From contig CBDDTI010000745.1 in NCBI GenBank assembly GCA_965233585.1, forward strand, positions 192,001-256,000: DNA of 64,000 bases, given 5' to 3'. The notes under the pieces are model-generated. The model was given only the letters and a program-made list of their open reading frames with translations, was not told the DNA's origin and ran no database searches. Made by a program: the position numbers and the translations under genes. The DNA is from a bacterium (lineage in GTDB: Bacteria; SAR324; NAC60-12). Shown here piece after piece: positions 29,671 through 38,437 of the stretch (positions within the stretch are counted from its first letter, which is position 1; the number at the start of each line of letters is the position of its first letter).

Positions 29671-30443
29671 GGCAGTGTTCACTTGATATTGGCATGATAT
29701 TTTTCAAACCTTTTATAGTCAAAGAAGAGTTGTAGAGAGTGTTCCAGCATGTCAAAAGTTTTGGAATGTCGTTTAGATTTTCTCATCAAGCGAGCTAGGT
29801 TATCTCTGATGGAAGAATTAGAAGATTCAATGAGATGAGTGTTGTCCTTGCCTATCTGATGCTTTTGTGGAATTTGGAGTTGTGCAAATGCCACTTGATA
29901 GCATGAGTTGGCATCTGTATAAATCGTTTCAATTCTAGCTCGTTGTGCTTTGACTAGTCCATACAGCTGCTTTGCTGCTGCTAATCCTTTGCCTATCACA
30001 AAGGCAATCACACATTGTTCTTGACGAGAATAGGCTGTCCAAACAGCTACTCTTTGGCTTTTTTTTGAACAAAAGTGTAGATCTCATCCATCTCTATACT
30101 ATCTACTTGTGCATGGAAACTTGGTGCGTCTTTTGGAAGTTGAGACACTCTAGCTTTTTTGATCCAGTTGACAATTGAAGCGGGAGACACCTGCAAAAAA
30201 CGAGCGATCTTTCTGATGCCTACACTATTGACATACATCTCTAAGGCTTGACGCTTGGTCTCTAGTGGGATTCTCAAACCATTTGAGGTGAATGCTCTCT
30301 GACATGACTTGCAACGATACCTCTGAACCCCTTTGTAACTTCCATTCTTGATATAAGTCTGACTCCCACAATGATGACAACTTCTCATTTCCATTCCTCA
30401 AATTCACTCTCACATGCAATGACAATACCAACTAAACACTGCC
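29671..30443 (-). mobile_element. IS1-family insertion sequence (773 bp)
   Basis: 25-bp imperfect IRs GGCAGTGTT(C/T)A(C/G)TTG(A/G)TATTG(G/T)CAT; 8-bp target duplication GTTTTCAC (29663-29670, 30444-30451). Confidence 0.93.
29679..30394 (-). CDS. IS1-family transposase, InsA/InsB joined by a -1 frameshift
   Basis: CxxC..KNG..QRYRCxxC plus HTH plus EMDE; A8 run at 30059-30066 shifts into KSQRVAVWTAY...YTD...IE..N..IR..LAR..RK. Confidence 0.9.
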
Positions 30444-30527
30444 GTTTTCACAGGGGGGACGTTCTTCGCCCCGAATGACAAAGAAAGAGGCAAGAATGAC
30501 CAAATGCAAGCCTGCAATCTGTTCCCA

Positions 30528-30605
30528 GTCATTCCGTGCTTGACACGGAATCTCAAAAAAAGTGAACGAAGAAAAAAAGAGAGATTGCTCACCTTAGGTG
30601 AGCAA
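30528..30605. repeat. GTC-tagged palindromic repeat doublet
   Basis: GTCATTCCGTGCTTGACACGGAATCTC-spacer-GAGATTGCTCACCTTAGGTGAGCAA. Confidence 0.8.
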
Positions 30606-30644
30606 GAGTGAAGGAGGGTACCAAGCCTAACAGAAAACCAGTGT

Positions 30645-31244
30645 TCAGGATTCCATTGCCTCCAGCTGTAGCTGCAACGAAGAAGGAGTGATGACTTGTA
30701 ATTCTCCAGCTTGTTCTTGAAAAAGATAAATGCCTTCTTCTTCTGCCTCACTGATGAGTTCGTCATAAAAGACTTCTCCCGCTAACCCGCAATAAATTGT
30801 ATAGTCTTGATAACTTGGAAACAATTTGGGGAAGGTCTCTTTCTGCCGAAGCACTTGTTGGAAATCTTTGACATGAGGTTTGCGTTTGACTTCTATCAAA
30901 AGCAAATGTTTTGTTTTGCTGAACAACACAAGATCGTATTGAGCCGTGATGCCATTTTTCCCTTTGAGGTTTTGTTCCACTTCGTCGTAGCGAATGCCTC
31001 CAATTTCAATGAAGCCATATTTTTCTATAACCTGTTCCACAGAACGGCACAGACGACCTTCTAAAATCTCCGAAGTATTGCTGATGAAGTTTTCCATCCT
31101 CTGAATGCCCCGCACCATGCTGGCAACTGCTGGTTTCAGTTCTTGAAGTTGCAAAGTAGTCTCTTCTTGGCGTTTTTTCAACTCCTGCATACCTTTAGCA
31201 TTTTCTTGTAAAATTGCCCAAATCTCATCAAATTGTTCACTCAT
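30645..31244 (-). CDS. coiled-coil plus PD-(D/E)XK nuclease-like protein (DUF3782-like architecture)
   Basis: N-terminal coiled coil; QYDLV...LLIEVK; paralogous to 61371..61988. Confidence 0.65.
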   Translation of the reverse strand: MSEQFDEIWAILQENAKGMQELKKRQEETTLQLQELKPAVASMVRGIQRMENFISNTSEILEGRLCRSVEQVIEKYGFIEIGGIRYDEVEQNLKGKNGITAQYDLVLFSKTKHLLLIEVKRKPHVKDFQQVLRQKETFPKLFPSYQDYTIYCGLAGEVFYDELISEAEEEGIYLFQEQAGELQVITPSSLQLQLEAMES

Positions 31245-31354
31245 CTTTTTCCTCTCAAATTAAATTTCCAAACTTCAAAAATCCCCGATTATAGCATTTT
31301 TTTGAGAAAAAGGGAGAACAAAGCAGAGAAAAAACAAGTCTGCAAACTCTCTCA

Positions 31355-31566
31355 GTCATTCCCCACTTGATGTGGAATCTCAAAAAAAGTGAACGAAGAA
31401 GAAAAAACAAAGGAGATTGCGGGTCAAGTCCCCAATGACAGTTTTCAAGTTAAGCAATGATGCTCCCGTCATTCCGTGCTTGACACAGAATCTCAAAAAA
31501 CAAAAGTTGTTTGGGAAAATGAAGAAGTTAGGAAAAAGAGAGATTGCGGGTCAGGTCCCCAATGAC
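31355..31566. repeat. two GTC-tagged palindromic repeat doublets
   Basis: 31355-31439 and 31468-31566, each GTCATTCC..CTTGA...GAATCTC-spacer-GAGATTGCGGGTCA.GTCCCCAATGAC. Confidence 0.85.
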
Positions 31567-31704
31567 CAAGACACGCCCGCAGGTGACGGAGCGTTTTAAG
31601 AAAAAAACTTGACTTTTCACAGCAAGTATGAAAACCCTTGCTGGGGAACAAAATACTACTCCAAACACTCCTTCCAACTCCACTACAACCTTTCTCTTGG
31701 CAAC

Positions 31705-34700
31705 CTACCTCCCAAACTTCACTAACAACATGTCATAACTTCCTGAATTGACATGTCCATCAAAAGCTCCTTTAGACCATCCTGTCACGTAAACATTGCC
31801 TGATGAATCCACACTCACTCCTTTTCCAGAATCATTACTGCTACTGCCAAGCAGTTTAGACCACTTCTTATTACCTGAACTGTCATACTTCACTAAAAAC
31901 ATGTCATAATCTCCTGAATTGACATGTCCATCAAAATTTCCCCCAGAGCTTCCTGTCACGTAAACATTGCCTGATGAATCCACACTCACTCCTTCTCCAT
32001 AATCAGAATTGCTACCGCCAAGCAGACCAGACCACTTCTTATTACCTGAACTGTCATACTTCACTAAAAACATGTCCTGAAATCCTGAATTGGAATTGGT
32101 GTGTCCATCAAAATTTCCCCCAGAGTATCCTGTGACGTAAACATTGCCTGCAGAATCCACACTCACTCCTTTTCCATAATCATTACTGCTACTGCCAAGC
32201 AACCTAGACCACTTCTTGTTGCCTGAACTGTCATACTTCACTAAAAACATGTCCTTGTCTCCTGAATTAGCATGTCCATCAAAATTTCCTCCAGAGGTTC
32301 CTGTGACGTAAACATTGCCTGCTGAATCCACACTCACTCCTTTTCCAGAATCCCAATCGCTACTGCCAAGCAGTTTTGACCACTTCTTCACTCCTGAACT
32401 GTCATACTTGACTAAAAACATGTCCCTACCTCCTGAATTGGTCTTTCCATCAAAATTTCCCCCAGAGTCTCCTGTCACATACACATTCCCTGCAGAATCC
32501 ACAACCACTCCTCTTCCTTCATCATAACTGCTCGTGCCAAGCAGTTTAGACCACTTCTTCACTCCTGAACTGTCATACTTCACTAAAAACATGTCATCAT
32601 ATCTTGAATTGCTGTGTCCATCAAAATTTCCCCCAGAGTATCCTGTGACGTAGACATTGCCTGCAGAATCCACACTCACTCCATATCCATAATCACCACT
32701 GCTACTGCCAAGCAGTTTAGACCACTTTTTGTTACCTGAACTGTCATACTTGATTAAAAACATGTCAGAGTATCCTGAATTGGTGTGTCCATCAAAATTT
32801 CCCCCAGAGTATCCTGTGACGTAGACATTGCCTGCTGAATCCACACTCACTCCTTCTCCATAATCATGACTGCTACTGCCAAGCAGTTTAGACCACTGCT
32901 TCCCAAAAATCGCTTGGTCGTAGCAATCCCAGTTTGATGCAGGAGTATTGCCTGATGCTTTCACACGGACACAAAGCTGGTCTTTGGCAATGACATCATT
33001 TCCAAAAGGAAACGGACTGGTGCAGTCTTCTAAAGATGTGCCTCCATCTTTGCTACATTCGTGATTTTTCCCTGATGAATCATCAAAAATCAGCTCCTTG
33101 CCTGAAACGACAAGAGACAAAGATGCAAAACTATATTTGACTAAAAACATGTCCTCACTTCCTGAATTGGTGTGTCCATCAAACTTTCCTTCAGAGTATC
33201 CTGTCACATACACATTGCCTGCAGAATCCACACTCACTCCTTTTCCTTCATCATCACTGCTACTGCCAAGCAATTTTGACCACCTCTTATTACCTAATGA
33301 ATCATACTTGACTAAAAACATGTCCCAATTTCCTGAATTGGTGTGTCCATCAAACTTTCCTTCAGAGTATCCTGTGACGTAAACATTGTCTTTAGAGTCC
33401 ACACTCACTCCTTTTCCTTCATCATCACTGCTACTGCCAAGCAGTTGAGACCACTTTTTGTTACCTGAACTGTCATACTTGATTAAAAACATGTCATTTT
33501 CTCCTGAATTGGTGTGTCCATCAAACTTTCCTTCAGAGTATCCTGTGACGTAAACATTGCCTGCAGAATCCACACTCACTCCATATCCATAATCATCACT
33601 GCTACTGCCAAGCAGTTTAGACCACTTTTTGTTACCTGAACTGTCATACTTGATTAAAAACATGTCACTTTTTCCTGAATTGCGATGTCCATCAAAAGCT
33701 CCTTCAGAGTATCCTGTGACGTAAACATTGCCTGAAGAATCCACAACCACTCCGTTTCCATAATCACCACTGCTACTGCCAAGCAGTTTAGACCACTTTT
33801 TGTTACCTGAACTGTCATACTTGATTAAAAACATGTCAGAGTATCCTGAATTGGTGTGTCCATCAAAATTTCCTTCAGAGTATCCTGTGACGTAAACATT
33901 CCCTGCTGAATCCACACTCACTCCATATCCTATATCATTACTGCTAGAGCCAAACAGACGAGACCACTTCTTGTTGCCTGAACTGTCATACTTGATTAAA
34001 AACATGTCACTTTTTCCTGAATTGCTGTGTCCATCAAAATTTCCTTCAGAGTATCCTGTGACGTAAACATTCCCTGCTGAATCCACACTCACTCCTACTC
34101 CATAATCTGAATTGCTAGTGCCAAGCAGTTTAGACCACTTTTTGTTGCCTGAACTGTCATACTTGATTAAAAACATGTCACTTTTTCCTGAATTGCTGTG
34201 TCCATCAAAATTTCCTTTAGTCCACCCTGTGACGTAAGCATTGCCTGCAGAATCCACACTCACTCCATATCCATAATCACTACTGCTACTGCCAAGCAGT
34301 TTAGACCATTGTTTAGTCCAGGGTTTCTCAAAAATCGCTTGGTCGTAGCAATGCCAGTTTGATGCAGGAGTGTTGCCTGATGCTTTGACACGGACACAAA
34401 TCTTGTCAGCTTCAATTGCCTTGTATCCAAAACTAAAGGGGCTGTTGCAGTTGGTTTTTGTGGTGCCTGCATCTTTGGAACATTCATAGCTGTTGCCTGA
34501 AGTCATCATAAAGGTCAGGCTTCTGGCAGACACAGCAAGCGAAGTTGGTGCATTGGGTGCAGTGCTGACAGCGGTGCTTGTCTGGTAAGGACTCCAATCT
34601 CCGTCATCGTCTTTGGTACGAATGCGGAAAGTGTAGCTGGTGGCAGGTTGAAGGGATTGAAAGGTGTAGGTCGTGTTGGCTGTCGTACTTGTGCCTGACC

Positions 34701-35379
34701 AGAATCCATTGCCTATTTTGTAGGAGACTTCATAGCCTGAAATGCTACCGTCAGAGTCTGTGGCTGCAGTCCATGAGACTTTGATGCTGTCTGCAGTGAC
34801 ATCGCTGGTGCTGATGTTGCTCGGTTTTTCAGGTGGTTTGTTGGCAGCATAAGAGTCTGGAAAGTTGACTTCGTCAATCCAAGCGGCATCGCTTCCTCCG
34901 CTTACGTGGTCGTCTTTCTGGTAGCACCATTTGAAGGTGTGACTTCCAGCCGAGACAGCATAGCTGGCTTGTGTCCAGCCGATGTTTCCACTTTTGCCAC
35001 CTAGCTTTTCAGCAGAGTCAATGTAGAAGAAGAGTTCGTCATAATTTTGTTCTGAACTGACTTTGTATTGAAATTCTACGTTTCCAGCCGAGACATTGCG
35101 TGTGGTTTGGACGCAGGTTTGTTGATTGTTGCCAATGTTTGCAGACTTGAGGCTTTTGGAAGTGTTGTTTGCCCCGCCAGAGACAACAGACCAGTTGCCT
35201 GTTAAGCCATTTGGCTTATTGCCGTTGTCAAAGTTCCAAGTGCCTGCTTGGCTGACTTCGTTTTCTTCTTCTGAAAATTTTGAAAAACCTGAAGTTTCTG
35301 AAGTGTTGAGATTATCCCAGTTACAACCACCGAAGACTAGCACGATTAAAAACGAATAGATGAAAAATTTCATGTTCAT
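31705..35379 (-). CDS. large surface lipoprotein: jelly-roll domain, FN3, two 4-Cys modules, two 7-bladed SBBP propellers
   Basis: lipobox VFGGC after MNMKFF (start 35379 or 35373); 14 repeats of 57 aa/171 bp WSKLLGS..D.G.GVSVDSAGNVYVTG...FDGH.NSG..DMFL.KYDSSGNKK. Confidence 0.9.
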   Translation of the reverse strand: MNMKFFIYSFLIVLVFGGCNWDNLNTSETSGFSKFSEEENEVSQAGTWNFDNGNKPNGLTGNWSVVSGGANNTSKSLKSANIGNNQQTCVQTTRNVSAGNVEFQYKVSSEQNYDELFFYIDSAEKLGGKSGNIGWTQASYAVSAGSHTFKWCYQKDDHVSGGSDAAWIDEVNFPDSYAANKPPEKPSNISTSDVTADSIKVSWTAATDSDGSISGYEVSYKIGNGFWSGTSTTANTTYTFQSLQPATSYTFRIRTKDDDGDWSPYQTSTAVSTAPNAPTSLAVSARSLTFMMTSGNSYECSKDAGTTKTNCNSPFSFGYKAIEADKICVRVKASGNTPASNWHCYDQAIFEKPWTKQWSKLLGSSSSDYGYGVSVDSAGNAYVTGWTKGNFDGHSNSGKSDMFLIKYDSSGNKKWSKLLGTSNSDYGVGVSVDSAGNVYVTGYSEGNFDGHSNSGKSDMFLIKYDSSGNKKWSRLFGSSSNDIGYGVSVDSAGNVYVTGYSEGNFDGHTNSGYSDMFLIKYDSSGNKKWSKLLGSSSGDYGNGVVVDSSGNVYVTGYSEGAFDGHRNSGKSDMFLIKYDSSGNKKWSKLLGSSSDDYGYGVSVDSAGNVYVTGYSEGKFDGHTNSGENDMFLIKYDSSGNKKWSQLLGSSSDDEGKGVSVDSKDNVYVTGYSEGKFDGHTNSGNWDMFLVKYDSLGNKRWSKLLGSSSDDEGKGVSVDSAGNVYVTGYSEGKFDGHTNSGSEDMFLVKYSFASLSLVVSGKELIFDDSSGKNHECSKDGGTSLEDCTSPFPFGNDVIAKDQLCVRVKASGNTPASNWDCYDQAIFGKQWSKLLGSSSHDYGEGVSVDSAGNVYVTGYSGGNFDGHTNSGYSDMFLIKYDSSGNKKWSKLLGSSSGDYGYGVSVDSAGNVYVTGYSGGNFDGHSNSRYDDMFLVKYDSSGVKKWSKLLGTSSYDEGRGVVVDSAGNVYVTGDSGGNFDGKTNSGGRDMFLVKYDSSGVKKWSKLLGSSDWDSGKGVSVDSAGNVYVTGTSGGNFDGHANSGDKDMFLVKYDSSGNKKWSRLLGSSSNDYGKGVSVDSAGNVYVTGYSGGNFDGHTNSNSGFQDMFLVKYDSSGNKKWSGLLGGSNSDYGEGVSVDSSGNVYVTGSSGGNFDGHVNSGDYDMFLVKYDSSGNKKWSKLLGSSSNDSGKGVSVDSSGNVYVTGWSKGAFDGHVNSGSYDMLLVKFGR

Positions 35380-35488
35380 TGTGTTGTTTTGAATTAAAAA
35401 TTTAAAGAAGCAAAAGATGTTTGTGCACATTCCCCTCTCTACATTCTCTTGCAGTCTAGCACAGGTACAAAAAAACACAAGACTAATC

Positions 35489-36248
35489 GGCATTGTTAAG
35501 TAATAAGTGATAGCTGATTATTCCGTTTTGCCATGAACAAAAGAACAGAATATTGTAATGCTTTAAGAGACTTGCTGTAACATTTGGTTTTCCTTCTCAT
35601 TCTTGCCAAGAAATGTCTCAAGAGAGAATTATACCCTTCTATCGTGTATGTTTCTGCCTTGGAACATGTATGAATTTCTTTGGGAATGACTTGTTTGTAA
35701 GCCTTGCAGTGATCAGTCATCACCTGAAGAGGTTTTGTTTCCTTGACCTTGTCCCATAAATGCCTACAGGCTTTTGAGTCTCTGTTTCCAAGCACACAAT
35801 TGATAAATTGCTTCCCACATCTATCAACAGCAATCCAGAGCCAGCAGTAGTTTTTTTTGACTGGATGTAGGTGTGCATTTCATCAATTTCCATAATTTCA
35901 ATGTCTGTGTCCTTTCTTAATGCCTTGAGCTGTTCGCCAAAACTACAGACCCAATTATAAACTGAAACATGAGAACAATTCAGCAAACGACCGATTGACC
36001 TGAAACCAAGACCCTCCAAATACAACTCTAATGCTCTTCTTTTGATCTGTGGTGAGATTTGACCACGATAGGACTTGGTATATTGATAGTTGCAGGCATT
36101 GCAACGCCTCCTCGGTTTACCATATAAAAAACCATTCTTAACCGTCTTCTCACTTTCACATCTAGGACACGACTTCATTGCTACACCATGACTATCAATT
36201 CAATTAAATGAACTTAATATCGCATATCACTTATAGTTTAACAATACC
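35489..36248 (-). mobile_element. IS1-family insertion sequence (760 bp), different from the first
   Basis: IRs GG(C/T)ATTGTTAA...ATAAGTGATA; 8-bp target duplication GACTAATC (35481-35488, 36249-36256). Confidence 0.93.
35496..36178 (-). CDS. IS1-family transposase, InsA/InsB joined by a -1 frameshift
   Basis: CPRC..KNG...C..C, YLEGLGFRSIGR HTH, EIDEMH; A8C at 35850-35858 shifts into KNYCWLWIAVDR...MTD...IEGYN..LRHFLARMRRKTKCYSKS. Confidence 0.9.
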
Positions 36249-38124
36249 GACTAATCTTAGGATAAAAGTGAGATTGTGGGTCAAGTTCAGCAATGGCATC
36301 ATCGCCAAAACTAAAGGGGCTGTTGCAGTTGGTTTTGGTTGTGCCAGCATCTTTGGAGCATTCATAGCTGCTGCCTGAAGTCATCATAAAAGTCAGGCTT
36401 CTAGCAGAGACAGCAAGCGCAGTTGGTGCATTGGGTGCAGTGCTGACAGCCGTGCTTTGTTGGTAAGCACTCCAGTCTCCCTCGTCATCTTTGGCACGAA
36501 CACGGAAGGTGTAGCTGGTGTTAGGCTGGAGTGATTGAAAAGTGTAGGTTGTGCTAGCTGTCATGCTTGTTCCTGTCCAGAATCCATCACCTGCTTTGTA
36601 AGATATTTCATAGTTTGCAATGACTCCGTCAGAATCTGTGGCAGCAGACCATGAAACCTTGATACTGGAGCCTGTCACTTGGCTGGTGCTGATGTTGCTG
36701 GGTTTTTCAGGGGGTTTGTTGGCAGCAGGTAGCGTCTGGACAGGTTTGCTTTCTGCCTCCTCACTCCAAGCATTTTCATCATCTTTGGCACGAACACGAA
36801 AGGTGTAGCTGGTTTCAGGTTGAAGTCCTGATACAATCAAATTGGTTTGAGTGGTGGTTTGTGTTCCAGTCCATGACCCGCTACTTGTCTTGTAAGAGAC
36901 TTCATAACCTGCCACTTCACCATCAGAATCTGCTGAAGGCGACCAACTGACTTTGACACTGCTGGCTTTGACCTCGCTTGTTTTCACTTCACTTGGCGTG
37001 CTGGGTTTTTCATTTGGCACAACAACTTGACCCTTGCCCAAATCTGTCTTCTTCAGAGTCAAATCTGTTTGTAGCTTAAAACTGGCGTTCGTTTTTTTAT
37101 CTAACTGAAAGGGTTGACTCTCTGTCAAGGTTTGACCTGTGTCTAAACTAATCACAGAAAAGAAGAAATCATCAGCGTAATACTTCTCCTTTGGCAAAAT
37201 CGTCACAGGTGTAGAAGATTGCTTGCCAACGACCTCACAACTGCACTCTACATTAGACAGAGGTTGGTCGCTCTTTCTCACCATCAGCATCACATCTTGG
37301 GCAGAGGCATTCAGAAACTTGATCTTCGCACCATTGAAAATGGTCTTGTTGGGAATGAACACCAGTTTAGTGTCTCCTTTGTTAAAGACCAGATTTTTAG
37401 AAAAGACAGGTTTTGTAAAGTCAATGCCTCCTGATGGGTTGTGTAGGTAAAACACGAGTTGTTTGTAGCCGATGGGGATTTGAATCCGATAGTTAGACTG
37501 ACCAGCCTGAACCACTCCGATTTGCTTGTTCCTTGAACTGCCTTGAAAAATAGACACCAATCCAGAACGATTGTTTTTGACCAGCAATGTTCCGTAATCT
37601 TGTTTCACCTCGCTGGCTTCCAGCACAAAGCTGGATTCGGCTGTTGGAATGAACTCACTTTGCACAAAAGCTGTTGGCATCTTGGTCTCATCGCAATCTG
37701 CTTTGAAGTAGTCCTTGACTTCTGGCATCTTGAATCCAAACACCATGACCGTGGAAGAGGTGCGTTTTGAAATGTCCACTTTCACCCCATTTTGCTTGCC
37801 TCCAATGACAGCCATCACATCATCAGCATTCAGACTGCTGGAATACGACAGCAGCACATCTTCATCTAGTGAGTTGAAGATGGCAAGGTTGCCTGTGCCT
37901 TGCGTCAGGGTTTTGGGAATCTGCAAACATTGCCCCCCCTGTGCTTGCTGGTTTTTGGTTGGTGGCACTACTTTTTCTGTGACGGTCACGGTAGACACAC
38001 CACCATCGTCACTACTGCAAGCAAAGAGAGTCGTGATGCACAGCAGGCAAACACCTGTCTGGACAACAGAAGGTTTGACAACAGATGCCAAATGAACAAG
38101 ACAACGATTGATGAGCTTTTGCAT
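36238..38124 (-). CDS. surface lipoprotein with two FN3 domains, apparently 3'-truncated
   Basis: lipobox LFAC; 36305-36727 is homologous to 34427-34849; the ORF then runs into a repeat half-unit and the IS end. Confidence 0.8.
   Translation of the reverse strand: MQKLINRCLVHLASVVKPSVVQTGVCLLCITTLFACSSDDGGVSTVTVTEKVVPPTKNQQAQGGQCLQIPKTLTQGTGNLAIFNSLDEDVLLSYSSSLNADDVMAVIGGKQNGVKVDISKRTSSTVMVFGFKMPEVKDYFKADCDETKMPTAFVQSEFIPTAESSFVLEASEVKQDYGTLLVKNNRSGLVSIFQGSSRNKQIGVVQAGQSNYRIQIPIGYKQLVFYLHNPSGGIDFTKPVFSKNLVFNKGDTKLVFIPNKTIFNGAKIKFLNASAQDVMLMVRKSDQPLSNVECSCEVVGKQSSTPVTILPKEKYYADDFFFSVISLDTGQTLTESQPFQLDKKTNASFKLQTDLTLKKTDLGKGQVVVPNEKPSTPSEVKTSEVKASSVKVSWSPSADSDGEVAGYEVSYKTSSGSWTGTQTTTQTNLIVSGLQPETSYTFRVRAKDDENAWSEEAESKPVQTLPAANKPPEKPSNISTSQVTGSSIKVSWSAATDSDGVIANYEISYKAGDGFWTGTSMTASTTYTFQSLQPNTSYTFRVRAKDDEGDWSAYQQSTAVSTAPNAPTALAVSARSLTFMMTSGSSYECSKDAGTTKTNCNSPFSFGDDAIAELDPQSHFYPKISRYC
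36270..36297. repeat. repeat half-unit fused into the 3' end of the lipoprotein gene
   Basis: GAGATTGTGGGTCAAGTTCAGCAATGGC versus consensus GAGATTGCGGGTCAAG....GCAATGAC. Confidence 0.75.
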
Positions 38125-38174
38125 AAAAACCTACCTATTAAACAAAATTGAACAAGATGAAGAAAAATTACAAA

Positions 38175-38208
38175 ATCAACAAAACAACAGCACCCCTGCG
38201 GGTGCTGT
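38175..38208 (-). terminator. intrinsic terminator-like hairpin in the 5' leader of the lipoprotein gene
   Basis: minus strand ACAGCACCC-GCAG-GGGTGCTGT followed by TGTTTTGTTGATTTT. Confidence 0.55.
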
Positions 38209-38286
38209 CACACGAAAAACTCTCCTCTTGAAATGAAATCTTCATTTGTTTTCAAGATAAGAGTTTTGCGAAAAACCAAAACGGGC

Positions 38287-38314
38287 ATTATGCACGTACA
38301 AAAAAAAAAAACAA
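38287..38314 (-). promoter_or_regulatory. putative promoter containing a T12 tract
   Basis: TTGTTT(38314-38309)-16 bp-CATAAT(38292-38287); A12 on the plus strand at 38300-38311. Confidence 0.45.
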
Positions 38315-38437
38315 GTTAAGACTCAGGATTTGAGGAAATTTTTTTGGTTTTTTAAGGAATTTTGAAGATTTTTTGTAAAAAAGAGGAAGATCAGGAAGTC
38401 AGGAAAGATGAAGGTTTGAAAGGTTTTGAAAAAAAAT

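Noticed and set aside
30410..30766. Short ORFs over repeat clusters (also 31417-31599, 38546-38933, 27053-27366)
   Set aside because: They are translations of the palindromic repeats with no protein-like features
31705..34320. Diversity-generating retroelement behind the propeller variation
   Set aside because: No reverse transcriptase or non-coding template repeat in the window, and differences do not appear limited to adenines
35380..35493. N-terminal extension of the 1262-aa ORF
   Set aside because: It starts inside the IS end; the lipoprotein signal begins at 35379 or 35373
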